DNA from: a virus | Length of the DNA stretch: 45,284 bases | IMG/VR virus record: IMGVR_UViG_3300045988_113766 | Location: 1-45,284 of that record | Direction: 5' to 3' (one strand) | Part shown: in pieces, positions 16,123-24,537 of the stretch | Layout of the letters: every line of letters begins with the position of its first letter | How positions within the stretch are numbered: the stretch's first letter is position 1 | Position numbers and translations under genes: made by a program | The notes under the pieces: generated by a model | What the model was told of the DNA's origin: nothing | Database searches by the model: none | Seen by the model: the letters and a program-made list of their open reading frames with translations, nothing else

Positions 16123-18057
16123 TTATAGCCCTTTGTATCTTCCTCCGTTAATAATAGTCGTTACCCTTTGACCTCTCCATTTATCCACGTTTGGAAATCC
16201 ATACACCATCGATTCCCATTCAATTACGTCTGCCTTTCCGCCTCCGAGGTCGTGTCCCCATTCTGTGTAATTGCTGTCGCCTGGGTTCTTCTCATCTGCG
16301 ATCATGCAATTTATTCTTGTTCCGTTTGCCAGTACCACGCATACAATATCTCCTACTTGTCCAAATTTCTGTGTTACAGCAATCAGATAATAACCATCTA
16401 TGGTTGCTATGTTTTCAGGGCTTCCAGTCTTTCCTTTTTGTCCCCATATTTCAGAAATTCTTCTTTGCGTCGTTCCTGCATTCCATCTTCCGTAAAATTG
16501 TGGATAGCAAGTGTAGTTGCCGGTAATCCCTGTCTGCGGGACGGACGATGGAATATTTACAGTTGTTCCGGATATTGCTGTACCGCTTCCAACTGATATT
16601 GTTGTAACAGGATAGTCAATGTAACAAAATCCATATACGTCATTTCTTCGATTTCCATACTGCTTTCGTGCTACAAGTCCGCCTGTTGCACCGCTTGTAT
16701 TTCCCTCAATAGACACATAATCGTTGATTCCCGATCCGGAAACACTTTCCACCAAGCCTATATGGCTTCCACCACCAGGTCCATAGACTACCAACGCTCC
16801 AGCTTTTGGAGTTTTTCCAAATTTCCCGCGAGCCTGATACCATTGTGTGACATTAATGCAGCTTGCAGTCTTTCCTCCGCCCATGAAGAGATTTCCATGT
16901 CCTGATTTATTAAATACAGACCATTGAAAGATGCAGCACCAGGCAACTCCGTTATATCCATAGTACTGTGTAGCTTCATTTGTTGTCCCAGATATTCCAA
17001 TCCATGCCCTTGCCTGGTTCAAAACATCGTTCAGCGCATCGCTTGTCCCGGTTCCCGAAGCAGAAGAAGAGGCAGAGGACGATGTTTCCTGTTCCTCATC
17101 CTCTTCCTGTTTGTCCATAATATTCTTGAACGCAAGCTCCAATGTAGTTGTATAAACTCCACTGTTCCATTGATGGCTGTCATTTTCTATCCAGAATTTC
17201 CCCTTCAATCCTGTCCTGAAATCTTCTATAATCACGCCTAAGCCGGATACACATCTGTAATCTCCAATCATGGTCAGATTTGCTGTTTTATCTATTCCAT
17301 GCAATTCATTTTTAGCTTCTGCACTTCCATTTCCAGAATCTACAGATATCGCATTTTGAAATATCCCGTATTTATCTGCCCATTTTGAATTACTTATACT
17401 TCCTATCTTTTGATTGCTCGAATTATAAACATATACTCGGTTTACCATGTTATCAAGGCTTTCAGAATATGTAGAGCTTGTGATCCGCTCGCCTTGGCGA
17501 ATGTGAAAATTCGGGATAACCTTTCCTTTCTCGATCACTTCCAGTCTATCTTTGTTCATCTGCGCTATATACGGTTTCTTAGTCTTTTTATAAGCTTTTG
17601 TATATGCTGCCATGATAATTTCATAATACGGGCGTTCCTGAAAGAATATTTTCGCAATAGGCATCTTAGTTTTTGCAATGGATCCGGTCTTTACTTTTAC
17701 GTCTCTGCAGACCATCTGTGCGATTTTTTCAGGGGTTTTGTTTGCAAAACGGTATGTACCGCTAGATCGTAAGAGATGTATCATGCCGTCAGTTGCTGTA
17801 TACTGTAGCTCACCCATTTCAGATTTTCTTTCTCTTTGGGTAATAATTCCGACAAATTTCGTTTTTTTATCATCCGGATATCCTGGGTAGAATACAATTT
17901 TGTCTCCTAATTTTATATTAAGAGTCTTGACATTCTTATCATTCGGGCTGTATGCAACACTAAACACAACTGTTCTGGCTGCCTGTTTAGCACTCCCAGC
18001 CCAAGTCACGCTCGTTACATAACCGGTTATTTTTGCATCATTCCACATTATTATCAT
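16123..18057 (-). CDS. Baseplate hub (XkdQ/gpD-like) fused to a CHAP-type peptidoglycan hydrolase and a further C-terminal domain
   Basis: 644 aa. The N-terminal part is hub-like. An S-rich linker (SSSASSSASGTGTS) follows. CHAP-like AWCCIFQWSVF...SHIGLVESV...SIEGNTSG. The C-terminal roughly 130 aa are uncharacterised. Confidence 0.7.
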   Translation of the reverse strand: MIIMWNDAKITGYVTSVTWAGSAKQAARTVVFSVAYSPNDKNVKTLNIKLGDKIVFYPGYPDDKKTKFVGIITQRERKSEMGELQYTATDGMIHLLRSSGTYRFANKTPEKIAQMVCRDVKVKTGSIAKTKMPIAKIFFQERPYYEIIMAAYTKAYKKTKKPYIAQMNKDRLEVIEKGKVIPNFHIRQGERITSSTYSESLDNMVNRVYVYNSSNQKIGSISNSKWADKYGIFQNAISVDSGNGSAEAKNELHGIDKTANLTMIGDYRCVSGLGVIIEDFRTGLKGKFWIENDSHQWNSGVYTTTLELAFKNIMDKQEEDEEQETSSSASSSASGTGTSDALNDVLNQARAWIGISGTTNEATQYYGYNGVAWCCIFQWSVFNKSGHGNLFMGGGKTASCINVTQWYQARGKFGKTPKAGALVVYGPGGGSHIGLVESVSGSGINDYVSIEGNTSGATGGLVARKQYGNRRNDVYGFCYIDYPVTTISVGSGTAISGTTVNIPSSVPQTGITGNYTCYPQFYGRWNAGTTQRRISEIWGQKGKTGSPENIATIDGYYLIAVTQKFGQVGDIVCVVLANGTRINCMIADEKNPGDSNYTEWGHDLGGGKADVIEWESMVYGFPNVDKWRGQRVTTIINGGRYKGL

Positions 18058-18743
18058 GGTATCACCAGCTTTGTCCCGTCATATATATACCAGCCATTTA
18101 CACCATTATGTGCGCTGCTTACACGTCCATGCTTTTTTGCGGCTTTTTCTATGACAGTCTTGTTTGCATTGTAGATTTTGTTCGCATAGGATCCTGAACC
18201 GTAATATTTTTTTGCGATACTCCTGAGGGTGTCATTTCCTTTTACTGTATGAATTTTTTTCTTTGGTTTATTGTCTGAGCGGCTGTTCTCCTTTTCCGGC
18301 TTCTTTTTCTCCGTTTTTACAGGTTCCAGGACTGCCTTCAACGGTTTCGTGTATTTTGGCGGACGATAATCTTTCATAGTGATTGAATATGTTATATCGC
18401 CCGTTCCGTCGTCTTCCCCGAACTGAAAAGATGTTATTATTACATTTTTATTAATCTTTGTTTTTGTAATAATGAATTGAATAGGGGTTTCCTGCCATCC
18501 AAGGATTTCCTTTACATACTCCCAAGGATTTCTGTCTTTTGCATAGTCTGCAAAAGGGTAATCCTGTGCCGGAAAAAAAGACTCAATCGTATACGCTTTA
18601 AGTCCTTTTTTCCCAAGTATTGTTACATCCCCTCTTGTTTGCACATTAACAGTCTGATGTGTATTTTCAAAGGTCACGTTGAATGATGCCGGTCTTATAG
18701 GAAGTTGTATTGATTTGTCTTTATTCTTTAACCAGTATTCCAT
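18054..18743 (-). CDS. XkdP-like tail protein with a C-terminal LysM domain
   Basis: 229 aa. LysM-like HTVKGNDTLRSIAKKYYGSGSYANKIYNANK. Confidence 0.7.
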   Translation of the reverse strand: MEYWLKNKDKSIQLPIRPASFNVTFENTHQTVNVQTRGDVTILGKKGLKAYTIESFFPAQDYPFADYAKDRNPWEYVKEILGWQETPIQFIITKTKINKNVIITSFQFGEDDGTGDITYSITMKDYRPPKYTKPLKAVLEPVKTEKKKPEKENSRSDNKPKKKIHTVKGNDTLRSIAKKYYGSGSYANKIYNANKTVIEKAAKKHGRVSSAHNGVNGWYIYDGTKLVIP

Positions 18744-18751
18744 ATCTCCTC

Positions 18752-20851
18752 CTATGCTGTCTGCGGCATATTGTCACTTGTCTGTTCGATTTTTCTTATA
18801 ATCGCTTCTGCTATTTTATCAATATCAGTTTCTTCTCTCACTACGATACTATCTGCAAGCTTCGCAATCTTGACTGAAAAGTTCTTTCTTGCTTCCTGTC
18901 GCGCTATCTGTACGGATTCGTCATGCGGATATACCCTGCTTCCAGATGGAAGATCTACAATCTCTCCACCTTTTTCACTGATCTGTACGATGCCTCCCTG
19001 CCAGTTATCTGTGCCTTTCGCAAGAGTTGGGATTTGTGGTATGTTAAGGCCCTCCCAGCCTTTTCCTCCTATTCCGGGTACCCACTCAGGAACTGTAAAA
19101 TGAATTGAATTAATCTTGCTGATTGCTCCATTGACGATTGATATCACAGCATTAATTGGAACTTTTACCATATCAGCCAGTCCTGAGAATGCAGTTCCTA
19201 CAAACTCCTTGCATCCATTCCATACAGATTCCCAGTCTGTTTTAAACACACCACTCAAAAAGGAGATAATTCCTTCGAACATAGTGAGTAACGCATCAAT
19301 GGCAACTCCAATCGTATCAAATGTTCCGACGATAAATTCTCCGGCGAAATTAAAGATTTCTTTGACTACCGGTCCGAATGTCTCTTTCAGGTATGATGCT
19401 ATTTTTTCCACAAATTCTATGAACGGTTCTAATTGCGGTTTTACTGTCTGCCAGAATTCCACAAATCTATCTCCTATCTTCTGCAAAATAGGTGCGATTC
19501 TGTCCCAGTTTTTATAGATCAGCAGAGCCGCTGCTGCCACTGCTGCTGCCGCAATTCCAAATGGTCCTGTCATTATCTTCGCAATTCCCGAGAATCCTGA
19601 AGCACCCGTCAGTTTTGTAATCGCACCACCTATTTTTCCAAAATTTGAGATTACTGTTCCGATTCCGGAGGACACTTTCCCGAACCCAAGTAAAACAGGT
19701 CCTACTGATGCCGCTACTGCTGCAAATTTGACTATCGTCTTCTGAGTTGCCGGTCCTAATTTATTCCATTTGTCCGTAAATTTCTGTATGGCATTAATCC
19801 CTTTTGTGACATACGGAATCAACTGGTTCCCAATTGGTTGCAGCACATCTACCTGTATCGTTCTCCAAAGTCCTCCCAGAGCGCCTGATAATGTGTCGTA
19901 TTTTACATTCACCAGTTCTTCGACAGATTCTCTGCTTTTATCTATTGCGTCGCTGGCAGTTGACATTGAGGTTATGACCTGTGGTCCCAGATCTTCCCAC
20001 ATAGTTCCGAATAAGTTAACACCGGCTGTGCTTTGCGCTACAGGATCATCCATGGAAGCAAGTCCTTTTATCACTTCATTGAATGCTTCCTTTGCGGTAT
20101 CTCCTCCGGCTCCAAATTTCTCTGCCATTTTCGCTGCATCCATTCCAAGAGCTTCAAATCCCTGCTTTGTCGTATCTGAACCATCTATTGCTCTTATAGA
20201 GAATTCTTTTACAGCATCTCCGACTTTATCCAGATTAAAAGCGCCATTCTGAGCGCCATTGGCAAATATGGAAAACATATCTTCTGCATCCAGTCCAAGT
20301 TTCTTAAACTGCACTGAATATTCATTAATGCTGTCTATCATCTCCCCGGAATAGTCCATTCCTGACTGTGCTCCCTGGGTGATCAGGTTAAAAGCTTCTC
20401 TTGCAGATACACCGTAATTTTTTATCAGGGTATCTGCAGCTCTGGTGTTTTCCGCAATGTCATATCCGAAGGTGTCTGAAAGAGTATAGGCGTATTCCGT
20501 GCATCTCTGCAGAGCTGAATCATCCAAGTAAGACATGTTTTGATTAACAGTTGCCATGGCTTCTGCGACATCATTTATTGATTCACCGAAATTATCTTTA
20601 TAGACATTGTTGATCATGTCTTTATACTTGCCCATCTCATCTGTTGCGGTACCTGTTGCCGCCGCAAACTGCTGAAATGCGTCATGTGAATCAGAGGAAA
20701 ATTTAATGGCCGCAGTTCCGACTGCTACCAGTGGTGCAGTGACCGACTTGGTCAATGTTTCTCCGGCAGATGTGAATGCATCTCCGGCATGTGAGAACAC
20801 ATCAGCAACATTGTTAAAACGTTTTTCCAGGTCACGAGCCTGGGCCGCCAC
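18752..20851 (-). CDS. Tail tape measure protein
   Basis: 699 aa, helical and G/A-rich with TM-like segments, downstream of the chaperone genes. The start is uncertain: GTG at 20851 has no RBS, and the frame stays open upstream to 20923. Confidence 0.8.
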   Translation of the reverse strand: MAAQARDLEKRFNNVADVFSHAGDAFTSAGETLTKSVTAPLVAVGTAAIKFSSDSHDAFQQFAAATGTATDEMGKYKDMINNVYKDNFGESINDVAEAMATVNQNMSYLDDSALQRCTEYAYTLSDTFGYDIAENTRAADTLIKNYGVSAREAFNLITQGAQSGMDYSGEMIDSINEYSVQFKKLGLDAEDMFSIFANGAQNGAFNLDKVGDAVKEFSIRAIDGSDTTKQGFEALGMDAAKMAEKFGAGGDTAKEAFNEVIKGLASMDDPVAQSTAGVNLFGTMWEDLGPQVITSMSTASDAIDKSRESVEELVNVKYDTLSGALGGLWRTIQVDVLQPIGNQLIPYVTKGINAIQKFTDKWNKLGPATQKTIVKFAAVAASVGPVLLGFGKVSSGIGTVISNFGKIGGAITKLTGASGFSGIAKIMTGPFGIAAAAVAAAALLIYKNWDRIAPILQKIGDRFVEFWQTVKPQLEPFIEFVEKIASYLKETFGPVVKEIFNFAGEFIVGTFDTIGVAIDALLTMFEGIISFLSGVFKTDWESVWNGCKEFVGTAFSGLADMVKVPINAVISIVNGAISKINSIHFTVPEWVPGIGGKGWEGLNIPQIPTLAKGTDNWQGGIVQISEKGGEIVDLPSGSRVYPHDESVQIARQEARKNFSVKIAKLADSIVVREETDIDKIAEAIIRKIEQTSDNMPQTA

Positions 20852-20906
20852 CTGTTTTGACGGGTCGCTGAAATCATCTATTAACTTAACAACTGCTGCA
20901 ACCGTC

Positions 20907-21083
20907 TTACCTGCCCTTGTTTTTCATCTCCTCTTTTAAGTCTTGTATTTCCTGTTTCAAAAAAGCGCGGGTGATTAATCGTTCACCCGCGCCCATATTG
21001 TAATATTTCGATGGCTTCCATTTTTTCAGGCGGAACAATGCGTAAGCAACGCTTGCTTCGCTGTCCACCTTTATAAGTTTTTT
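20907..21083 (-). CDS. -1 frame extension of the tail assembly chaperone (the T part of a G/GT-type pair)
   Basis: The -1 frame is open from the slippery site to TAA at 20907: ...KKLIKVDSEASVAYALFRLKKWKPSKYYNMGAGERLITRAFLKQEIQDLKEEMKNKGR*. Confidence 0.6.
   Translation of the reverse strand, partial: KKLIKVDSEASVAYALFRLKKWKPSKYYNMGAGERLITRAFLKQEIQDLKEEMKNKGR
20959..20992 (-). terminator. Strong intrinsic-terminator-like hairpin plus U-tract inside the chaperone extension, upstream of the tape measure gene
   Basis: Minus sense: GCGCGGGTGA-ACGATTAA-TCACCCGCGC followed by TTTTTTG. A 10-bp GC-rich stem. Confidence 0.5.
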
Positions 21084-21475
21084 ACTTCTTCTTCAGCGTC
21101 TTCTCCAAGTCCTGAGAGCTTTACGATTTCTGATGCAATGCTTCCAGTTTCCATTCCGAACAGAATCGCCGCAAGATCCTTTGGCGTAGAAGCCCCAAAA
21201 TGTTCCATCAATTTCTGATCAGTCAGACATGGATCCACGACACCGTATACACAGCACATTAAATTGAAATCATATGTGGCATTCATGTCACGGTTTCCCT
21301 TTTTGTCATACAACATGGCCTGAAGGGTATTGTATCTTTTCCCTGATAATTCTCTGATCGTAATCTCTGCATCTTCGCCTACCAGTTTGGCCAGTTTCTT
21401 TGATTTAATCTTTTTTGTCTCTTTTTCCGTGGCTTTTGTTTTATCTACACTGAGTAATTTTTCAATTAAATTCAT
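21071..21475 (-). CDS. Tail assembly chaperone (XkdN-like)
   Basis: 134 aa, acidic C-terminus, located between the tube and tape measure genes. Confidence 0.7.
   Translation of the reverse strand: MNLIEKLLSVDKTKATEKETKKIKSKKLAKLVGEDAEITIRELSGKRYNTLQAMLYDKKGNRDMNATYDFNLMCCVYGVVDPCLTDQKLMEHFGASTPKDLAAILFGMETGSIASEIVKLSGLGEDAEEEVKNL
21077..21083 (-). promoter_or_regulatory. Candidate -1 programmed ribosomal frameshift heptamer A_AAA_AAC
   Basis: The zero frame reads GTA AAA AAC TTA TAA, so the heptamer fits X_XXY_YYZ two codons before the chaperone stop. Confidence 0.6.
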
Positions 21476-21484
21476 GTCATCCTC

Positions 21485-21865
21485 CTACACATCTATCGAA
21501 TCGAGTACTTCGAATCCGCTGAAATTAAACGGAATTGATTCTTCAAGCAGCTTTCCAGCTTCCCAGTTTGCAATCGTCAGTTCTGTGATCACGCAGTCGT
21601 CCAGGCGGATTCTTTCTGCTCCGAACGCTTCCGGATCTTCCAAATTTGTGATAATCGTCATTCTGGTTGCTTTTCCCTTTTTTAAGTTTTCGGATACTTT
21701 CTTCAAAAAATACGACGTAACCTTGTTTAATTTCAACGTGCCTGAACCACTAATCCCAGTTATTTTATAACCTTTCTCCAGCGTCCCTGTTCTTTTCACC
21801 TCGCTGGTGTCAAGTTTCATTTTTGCCTGGAGTGCTGTTGTCTCTGCCATGTAATCATTGTCCAC
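21485..21865 (-). CDS. Tail tube protein (XkdM-like); the true N-terminus probably lies upstream of the first canonical start
   Basis: 126 aa from GTG. The in-frame upstream codons encode PDRVINGTFGECW, which matches the conserved XkdM N-terminal motif (VISGTHGEAY in B. subtilis, from memory). Confidence 0.75.
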   Translation of the reverse strand: MDNDYMAETTALQAKMKLDTSEVKRTGTLEKGYKITGISGSGTLKLNKVTSYFLKKVSENLKKGKATRMTIITNLEDPEAFGAERIRLDDCVITELTIANWEAGKLLEESIPFNFSGFEVLDSIDV

Positions 21866-21931
21866 CCAACACTCTCCAAACGTTCCGTTTATAACACGGT
21901 CTGGTGTGTAATTATTCCTTTCAGTTCCTCC

Positions 21932-22999
21932 TTAAACAGTGATCTCCAGATTGATATCTTCCATAACGTCAACAATAGTCACCGATGCGGCCAGGAACAC
22001 TTTTTCGTCAGTGTACTGCTTTCTTATTTCCTCATCCGACATTGCTTCCGCTTCATCTCTGGTCACACCTTTATTTTCGATGATGTACTCTTTAATTTTT
22101 TCAACATCCAGCTCAACAATATAATCCTGTATAAGGCCATTTCTTTCCAGTTCCTTCATGTATGAATTAATTGCTGAAATCAATAGACATTTATTACTGT
22201 ATGTGTTCGGATACTTCCCGATGTAATTGTCTTCCGCAAGGAGCACCAGATCGTCATGCATCATGTCCATGGTTTCCACAACACGAATTTTCTTCCATGG
22301 ATCCGCTTTTCCCTTCGGGATTGTCACCATGGAATTTACTCCTCTGGCTACCTTTACTTTTTCTCCATCATAAAATACTACGAATTTTCCAGCATCCACC
22401 GCGGCGTCCAGCGCGTCTTTATCCAGTTTCTCGCATGCCGTTACTTCTTCTAAAACCGCAAAAGTAGATGATATTTTATACGATGTTCCAGCCAGCAACC
22501 CGGCAATTCTGGAGCAAAAGGCTTCCGGAGCATATTTCTTTCCGTTTACCGTAACCTCATTTGTTGCATAGTTTACAATACCTTCGCTGTCTGCAGTATT
22601 ATCAGGAAGAATCGCTTTTACTTTATTCCTGTTGTTTTCTCTCTGATCTTTGACCCAGGTTACAATTTTTTCCTCCTGACCATCCGTCTTTACCGTCGGG
22701 CAGCACAGCCATGTTACTTTTTTTATCCCAAAATATTCTAAGGCTTCGCTATAATCCTCTTCTGTCTTTGCAAGTGTGTAAACAACGACCTTTCGTGGCG
22801 TCGTGTCGTTTCCTTTCATTGCAAATCTGATCTGTTCCTTGCTTGCATCACTGAATGTGTCAGGTATATCTTTTTCACGGTAAATCGTGACCGGATTCCC
22901 ATCCGGGACCGTCGTATCTTTTATAATCATTCCTACCACGCCACGTTCAGATCTTCTGATTGATTTTCTTGCTGCCGCCACAAATACGACATTCATCAC
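21932..22999 (-). CDS. Contractile tail sheath protein (XkdK-like)
   Basis: 355 aa, directly upstream of the tube gene. Sequence is typical of short Firmicute sheath proteins. Confidence 0.75.
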   Translation of the reverse strand: MMNVVFVAAARKSIRRSERGVVGMIIKDTTVPDGNPVTIYREKDIPDTFSDASKEQIRFAMKGNDTTPRKVVVYTLAKTEEDYSEALEYFGIKKVTWLCCPTVKTDGQEEKIVTWVKDQRENNRNKVKAILPDNTADSEGIVNYATNEVTVNGKKYAPEAFCSRIAGLLAGTSYKISSTFAVLEEVTACEKLDKDALDAAVDAGKFVVFYDGEKVKVARGVNSMVTIPKGKADPWKKIRVVETMDMMHDDLVLLAEDNYIGKYPNTYSNKCLLISAINSYMKELERNGLIQDYIVELDVEKIKEYIIENKGVTRDEAEAMSDEEIRKQYTDEKVFLAASVTIVDVMEDINLEITV

Positions 23000-23009
23000 C
23001 GGTAAACCC

Positions 23010-23444
23010 CTAATTTCTTACCTCCTGTGCAAATATTAATTCTTTCATTGTGTCATAGTTTTCTTTTCTCGGAATCTGATCCCAGAATTCTACATCGAAC
23101 CGGCATACAGGAATATTCAAATTTTCTCCCTGGAAATCCAGTTCCATGTTATTTGTGTTCAGGTTTCTGTTCCCTGCTGTCACTTTTTGTCCAAATAATT
23201 CTTCCATCCTAGCGAAAAATTTCATTGCTTCCTCTTCATTCGCTGCTCTTTGTATAAAATCAATCTCTATTTCCACATTTTTGTGAGCTGCATTTTTAGT
23301 CGATTCCGAAAAAGTCTGTGTTATATATACAAAAAATGAAGGGCGTATATACCCCTCTATCGTGTCTGCTCCGTATATCTTCATATCCGGAAATCTTTCT
23401 TTCAAAGCGGAATTGACCGCTTTTTTTATTTCTTTAAGTGTCAA
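23010..23444 (-). CDS. Tail terminator / tail completion protein
   Basis: 144 aa. N-terminus MTLKEIKKAVNSALKERFPDMKIYG... resembles the phage tail terminator family. Synteny supports it. Stop is TAG. Confidence 0.55.
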   Translation of the reverse strand: MTLKEIKKAVNSALKERFPDMKIYGADTIEGYIRPSFFVYITQTFSESTKNAAHKNVEIEIDFIQRAANEEEAMKFFARMEELFGQKVTAGNRNLNTNNMELDFQGENLNIPVCRFDVEFWDQIPRKENYDTMKELIFAQEVRN

Positions 23445-23919
23445 GTCCTGCCTCCCTCAGTATCTCGTTCAGCAGTTCCTGTCCGATCAGCTCGGCGTGT
23501 TCTGCACGCTGTGCCATATATTTTGCCACAGTCTTTTTTCCCCTGACTTCTCCAACCTGCCTCAATCCCTTTGTTTTGTCTTTACTTTTATGAGTTATCA
23601 TGGCATGTCCTTCTTCGTAGAGATGGTAATGCGGAGCTGAAGACGTTACTGCAACAGTCATTTTACTTCCAGAGCGAATTACTTTTCCCTGCCGGAAGCT
23701 CTTGCTTAATGGCTTCTGTGTTTCTTCGTCACTGCTGTTCTTTCCCCGCCGATAATGATGCCCTTTTGCTTCAGAATTTACTCGTTTTTGTAAATCCTTA
23801 GCAATATTTTTCGCTTCTTTCTTTAAAACTTTTTCCGCAGATGCAGGATATTGTTTTGTCGCCTTCTCCATTGCCTGGATCAGTTCCGAAGCGTCAAAAT
23901 CAAAGTTGATACTTGACAC
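23434..23919 (-). CDS. HK97 gp10-like head-tail joining protein
   Basis: Likely start GTG at 23919, behind RBS GAGGAGG (VSSINFDFDASELIQAMEK...). Called on synteny. Confidence 0.55.
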   Translation of the reverse strand: MSSINFDFDASELIQAMEKATKQYPASAEKVLKKEAKNIAKDLQKRVNSEAKGHHYRRGKNSSDEETQKPLSKSFRQGKVIRSGSKMTVAVTSSAPHYHLYEEGHAMITHKSKDKTKGLRQVGEVRGKKTVAKYMAQRAEHAELIGQELLNEILREAGLDT

Positions 23920-24244
23920 TTTCGAACACCTCCTCACATTGGATTTCCAGCATTCTGTGCGCATTATCCATATCAAGCGGTGGGCCTGCAATGGAAAACA
24001 TGTGTCCCTGATACAAAATCCTCATATCTGCAGTAATATCTTTTCGGAAGCGGATGTACATCCTGTGTGTAACCTCCGGCTTTAATTTGCTCATGAAATT
24101 GTATTCTGATGCTTTGTATGGTTTTACAGTTGCCCATACTGTCCGATATTTTTTCCACTCGGATTTGTCCTGACCCATTTCATCTTCTGAAGTGTTCAGG
24201 CGGAGAAATGTGATCCGCCTGTTTAGTTTTCCGATATCAACCAT
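23900..24244 (-). CDS. Head closure / head-tail adaptor protein (SPP1 gp16-like)
   Basis: Likely start ATG at 24244, behind GGAGGAAGAAA (MVDIGKLNRRITF...). This is the typical N-terminus of the head closure family. Confidence 0.6.
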   Translation of the reverse strand: MVDIGKLNRRITFLRLNTSEDEMGQDKSEWKKYRTVWATVKPYKASEYNFMSKLKPEVTHRMYIRFRKDITADMRILYQGHMFSIAGPPLDMDNAHRMLEIQCEEVFESVKYQL

Positions 24245-24521
24245 TTTCTTCCTCCAGTTGTGACGCCTGTAGCTGAAGAACCATTGATCCGACCGCATGT
24301 GTCAGTCGTTGTTTGTCTGCTTCCTTTACTGTCAGCACACGATTTTCGTAGAGATCCTGTATGATAAGCATGAATAACATCTGCGTTTTTGGATTCTTCT
24401 CATCACATTTCCCGACAGCATCTTTTATGTACTCTTTTGCAGCGTTCATCATCAGTTCTATGGTCATGTCGTCTGCATCATCGTCGATTCGTAGATACTC
24501 TTTTACTGCATCAATATCCAC
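24237..24521 (-). CDS. gp6-like head-tail connector protein
   Basis: 94 aa. MDIDAVKEYLRIDDDADDMTIELMMNAAKEYI is the classic pattern of the gp6-like connector family. Confidence 0.7.
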   Translation of the reverse strand: MDIDAVKEYLRIDDDADDMTIELMMNAAKEYIKDAVGKCDEKNPKTQMLFMLIIQDLYENRVLTVKEADKQRLTHAVGSMVLQLQASQLEEENG

Positions 24522-24537
24522 AGTTCACCGCCTTATC

